This document shows positions 63,724 to 64,000 of a stretch of DNA of 64,000 bases, piece by piece. The position numbers and the translations under genes were made by a program. Under the pieces are notes generated by a model, which had not been told where the DNA came from, made no database searches, and saw nothing but the letters and a program-made list of their open reading frames with translations. Position 1 is the first letter of the stretch; each line of letters starts with the position of its first letter. Origin of the DNA: Cyclobacteriaceae bacterium (GTDB lineage Bacteria > Bacteroidota > Bacteroidia > Cytophagales > Cyclobacteriaceae); assembly GCA_965601475.1 (NCBI GenBank), contig OZ271832.1:984698-1048697 (forward strand), written 5' to 3'.

Positions 63724-64000
63724 TCAACCCAGGTATTGCGCTATATAATCCTGGAATTCCCGCTGAATCACTGCAGTCAGCGGTCCAGGGACACCGTTGC
63801 CCACAGGATGTCCATCGATTTTCAGCACCGGCATGACCTCCTTCGTGGTGCTCGTCAGGAATACCTCCTCCGCTTTCCGCAATTCTGACATTTGGATGTC
63901 CCGGATTTCATAGGGAAACCGCCCTTCAATTGACTTCAACACATGTTTGCGGGTGATACCATGCAGAATATTCCTCGCGGGCGTCACGACCTTACCATTG
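63724..64000 (-). CDS. Class IV aminotransferase (branched-chain / D-amino-acid), C-terminal part only
   Basis: TPARNILHGITRKHVL...AEEVFLTSTTKEVMPVLKIDG...GPL matches the fold-type IV C-terminus. The frame stays open to the window edge. Confidence 0.75.
   Translation of the reverse strand, partial: NGKVVTPARNILHGITRKHVLKSIEGRFPYEIRDIQMSELRKAEEVFLTSTTKEVMPVLKIDGHPVGNGVPGPLTAVIQREFQDYIAQYLG

Noticed and set aside
1-64000. CRISPR arrays, IS elements/transposases, integrases, tRNA or rRNA genes.
   Set aside because: I saw no regularly spaced direct repeats, no transposase- or integrase-like translation in any frame of the track, and no tRNA-like or rRNA-like sequence in the intergenic regions I read. 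This was a manual scan only, so tRNAscan or Infernal could still find something small.

Overview
This 64-kb chromosomal segment looks like Bacteroidota. The evidence is T9SS C-terminal sorting domains, TAnnTTTG -7 boxes, a CarboxypepD_reg TonB-dependent receptor with a DUF4249 partner, FecI/FecR modules, and many ATGA/TGATG gene junctions. I count about 60 densely packed protein genes plus one ncRNA, a small SRP RNA at about 45533-45630 that sits under a spurious track ORF. I saw no rRNA, tRNA, CRISPR array, transposase, integrase, reverse transcriptase or prophage block. The blocks run left to right as follows. (1) CheY, a CheX-like protein and an outer-membrane barrel. (2) A stress-type operon of three SRPBCC paralogs plus an AhpD-like protein, next to an ECF sigma with a Cys-rich tail. 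(3) An 11.5-kb exported three-gene module (6250-17739): a phage-fibre-like tail-collar protein, a 2776-aa LamG giant and a cadherin-repeat protein, the last two with T9SS sorting domains. It lies just downstream of a TPR-histidine kinase/LytTR pair. (4) A second TPR kinase. (5) A TetR-controlled RND efflux operon extended by DUF2141 and YceI genes. (6) hutH, a nitroreductase, a degenerate NUMOD4/HNH-like gene, a hydrolase and a LamG lipoprotein. (7) A sulfur/metalloid cluster (ArsI/CadI, SigZ-like sigma, Crp/Fnr, SulP, persulfide dioxygenase-rhodanese, split YeeE/YedE) with a repeated CGTAACC-NN-AGTTACA palindrome. (8) SRP RNA, fsa and an ftsE-like gene. (9) Two ECF modules, one of them FecI/FecR/TonB receptor/DUF4249. 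(10) A hybrid TPR kinase-REC-AraC regulator. (11) A tightly coupled MFS-GH32-scoA-scoB operon and a truncated class IV aminotransferase. My best candidates for something undescribed are the exported tail-collar/LamG/cadherin module, with its unnamed shared domain and about 400-aa unassigned core, and the ArsI-sigma coupling within the palindrome-marked sulfur regulon. Whether either is truly new can only be settled by database and structure searches that I cannot run.
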